From NCBI GenBank assembly GCA_964247055.1, contig OZ176055.1, forward strand, positions 2,604,001 to 2,668,000: 64,000 nucleotides of DNA, in the 5' to 3' direction. This document shows, piece after piece, positions 62,798 to 64,000 of this stretch (positions are counted from its first letter, which is position 1; each line of letters begins with the position of its first letter). The position numbers and the translations under genes are program-made. Below the pieces are notes generated by a model. It was not told the origin of the DNA. It saw nothing but the letters and a program-made list of their open reading frames with translations, and ran no database searches. Source of the DNA: Paragordius varius. Taxonomy: Eukaryota; Animalia; Nematomorpha.

Positions 62798-63699
62798 TTA
62801 CGAAATCGGTTATGAAAACCTTAAAATATATATTCTATGATTATTTATTTTAAATATGCTTAATTTTTCAGGCAAACTAATTTACATGGTGCGAATCGGG
62901 GAAAATATATCTTGATAAAAAATGCATGTTCTGATAAATGTATCCGGAGATTTTCACGGGGCTTTTTGAGCTTACGAAATTTTAGTAAATTATTATACTT
63001 TTAAGGTTAGTGCTTTATCTAAAAAGTAGCATAATTAGCGCACATCACATCAAATTAATTATTTGGATAAAAGTTTGGTATTTAAACGAAAATTATAAAA
63101 TATTGAAAAGCGAAACAATATTTATATTAAATTTTAATTATTTGATGTAGGTGAAAGTTTTAAATTTGGGTTGGACAATTTTACTTCAAGCTTGCGTGAT
63201 AGGATACTAATTACTGTGCGTAAAATGGGCGGTATAAAAATAACCTGATGAAAAAATTTATTCTTATCGGAAAATGTATCAGGAATATCATGATACCTTT
63301 GGTTTTGGATCTTGTGATAACTGTTTCATATCAGGAAATGGCGAAATTAGTGCTCTTTTTATTTAATAAAATTTTGGAAAAAATGCTTCTTCTAAAATAT
63401 ACACTAAAATATATCAACTACATAATAGCAAAACAATATTTTTAAATTTTAATTCATGATGTGGGTAAATTTTTTAATCTTTGATCAATTCTCTTAAAAT
63501 AAACACAACGAGATTGCGCGATAATTCTAACACTCCATGACTTTTCCACTTTTTTGTCCGCGATGACATAGAAGTACTTTTATATCCCTGAGCGCGATCT
63601 TGCAATAAACTACTGTTTTGAACGTTATTTTAGTTAATTTAATTATCAAACATTGTTTTCTTGTATTAGATAAATATTTATATTTTTTACAGTTTTATT

Positions 63700-64000
63700 A
63701 CTCCAAGTCTAAAATTGGAACAGCTCCATAACACGTTTGAACAAAACAGCTGATTTTAGAATCAATAATTATCAAGTTCTGGTAGGCGACTTATTTACTA
63801 ACCATAATATACATTTATTTGCCTATTATAATAGCAATTTAAAATAAAAAAATGGCGGCGAAAAAGTTTGAAATGGGAATTTTTTTAATTTTATTTTTAT
63901 TAAAAAAAGTTGTATATGATCAAAAGGCTAAAAAGCATATCTTTGGCCTTATACCTAAATTTTTATAAGATAATTAAATTAAATCGCTCTGGGATTTAAA
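63700..64000. repeat. Inverted copy of the old interspersed repeat family, running off the window end
   Basis: AAAAAATGGCGGCGAAAAAGTTTGAAATGGGA is the reverse complement of the motif at about 14285 and 19960. Confidence 0.6.

Overview
Very AT-rich animal genomic DNA with spliceosomal introns; the species cannot be determined from sequence alone. Exon and element boundaries were read by eye. Four host genes can be reconstructed. (1) A 7-exon ZEB/zfh1/zag-1 zinc-finger repressor (minus, 213-10497, about 1116 aa) with 4+3 zinc fingers and a PLDLS motif but no recognisable homeodomain. (2) A GSK3-interacting protein (GSKIP/DUF727; minus, 25906-26324). (3) A 14-exon cystathionine beta-synthase (plus, 26370-36099, about 532 aa), head-to-head with GSKIP and apparently lacking the haem-binding N-terminus. 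(4) An intronless divergent rhodopsin-class GPCR (minus, 57905-59584). Much of the rest is transposon-derived: a non-autonomous Helitron family (two complete copies and three fragments), several hAT and TA-targeting MITEs, a decayed Buster-type hAT transposase split by a Helitron and a Gypsy insertion, two related Mag-like Ty3/Gypsy LTR elements (one old, one with near-identical LTRs), foldback repeats and a mariner remnant. The most unusual observations are the GSKIP/CBS junction (start codons 45 bp apart, a candidate 23-nt intron), the homeodomain-less ZEB with repeated composite ZEB/PBX-MEIS-like sites, the apparently haem-less CBS, relaxed splice signals, and LTRs ending TG...TA. I found no convincing wholly new multi-gene system. 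No tRNA, rRNA or CRISPR was seen.
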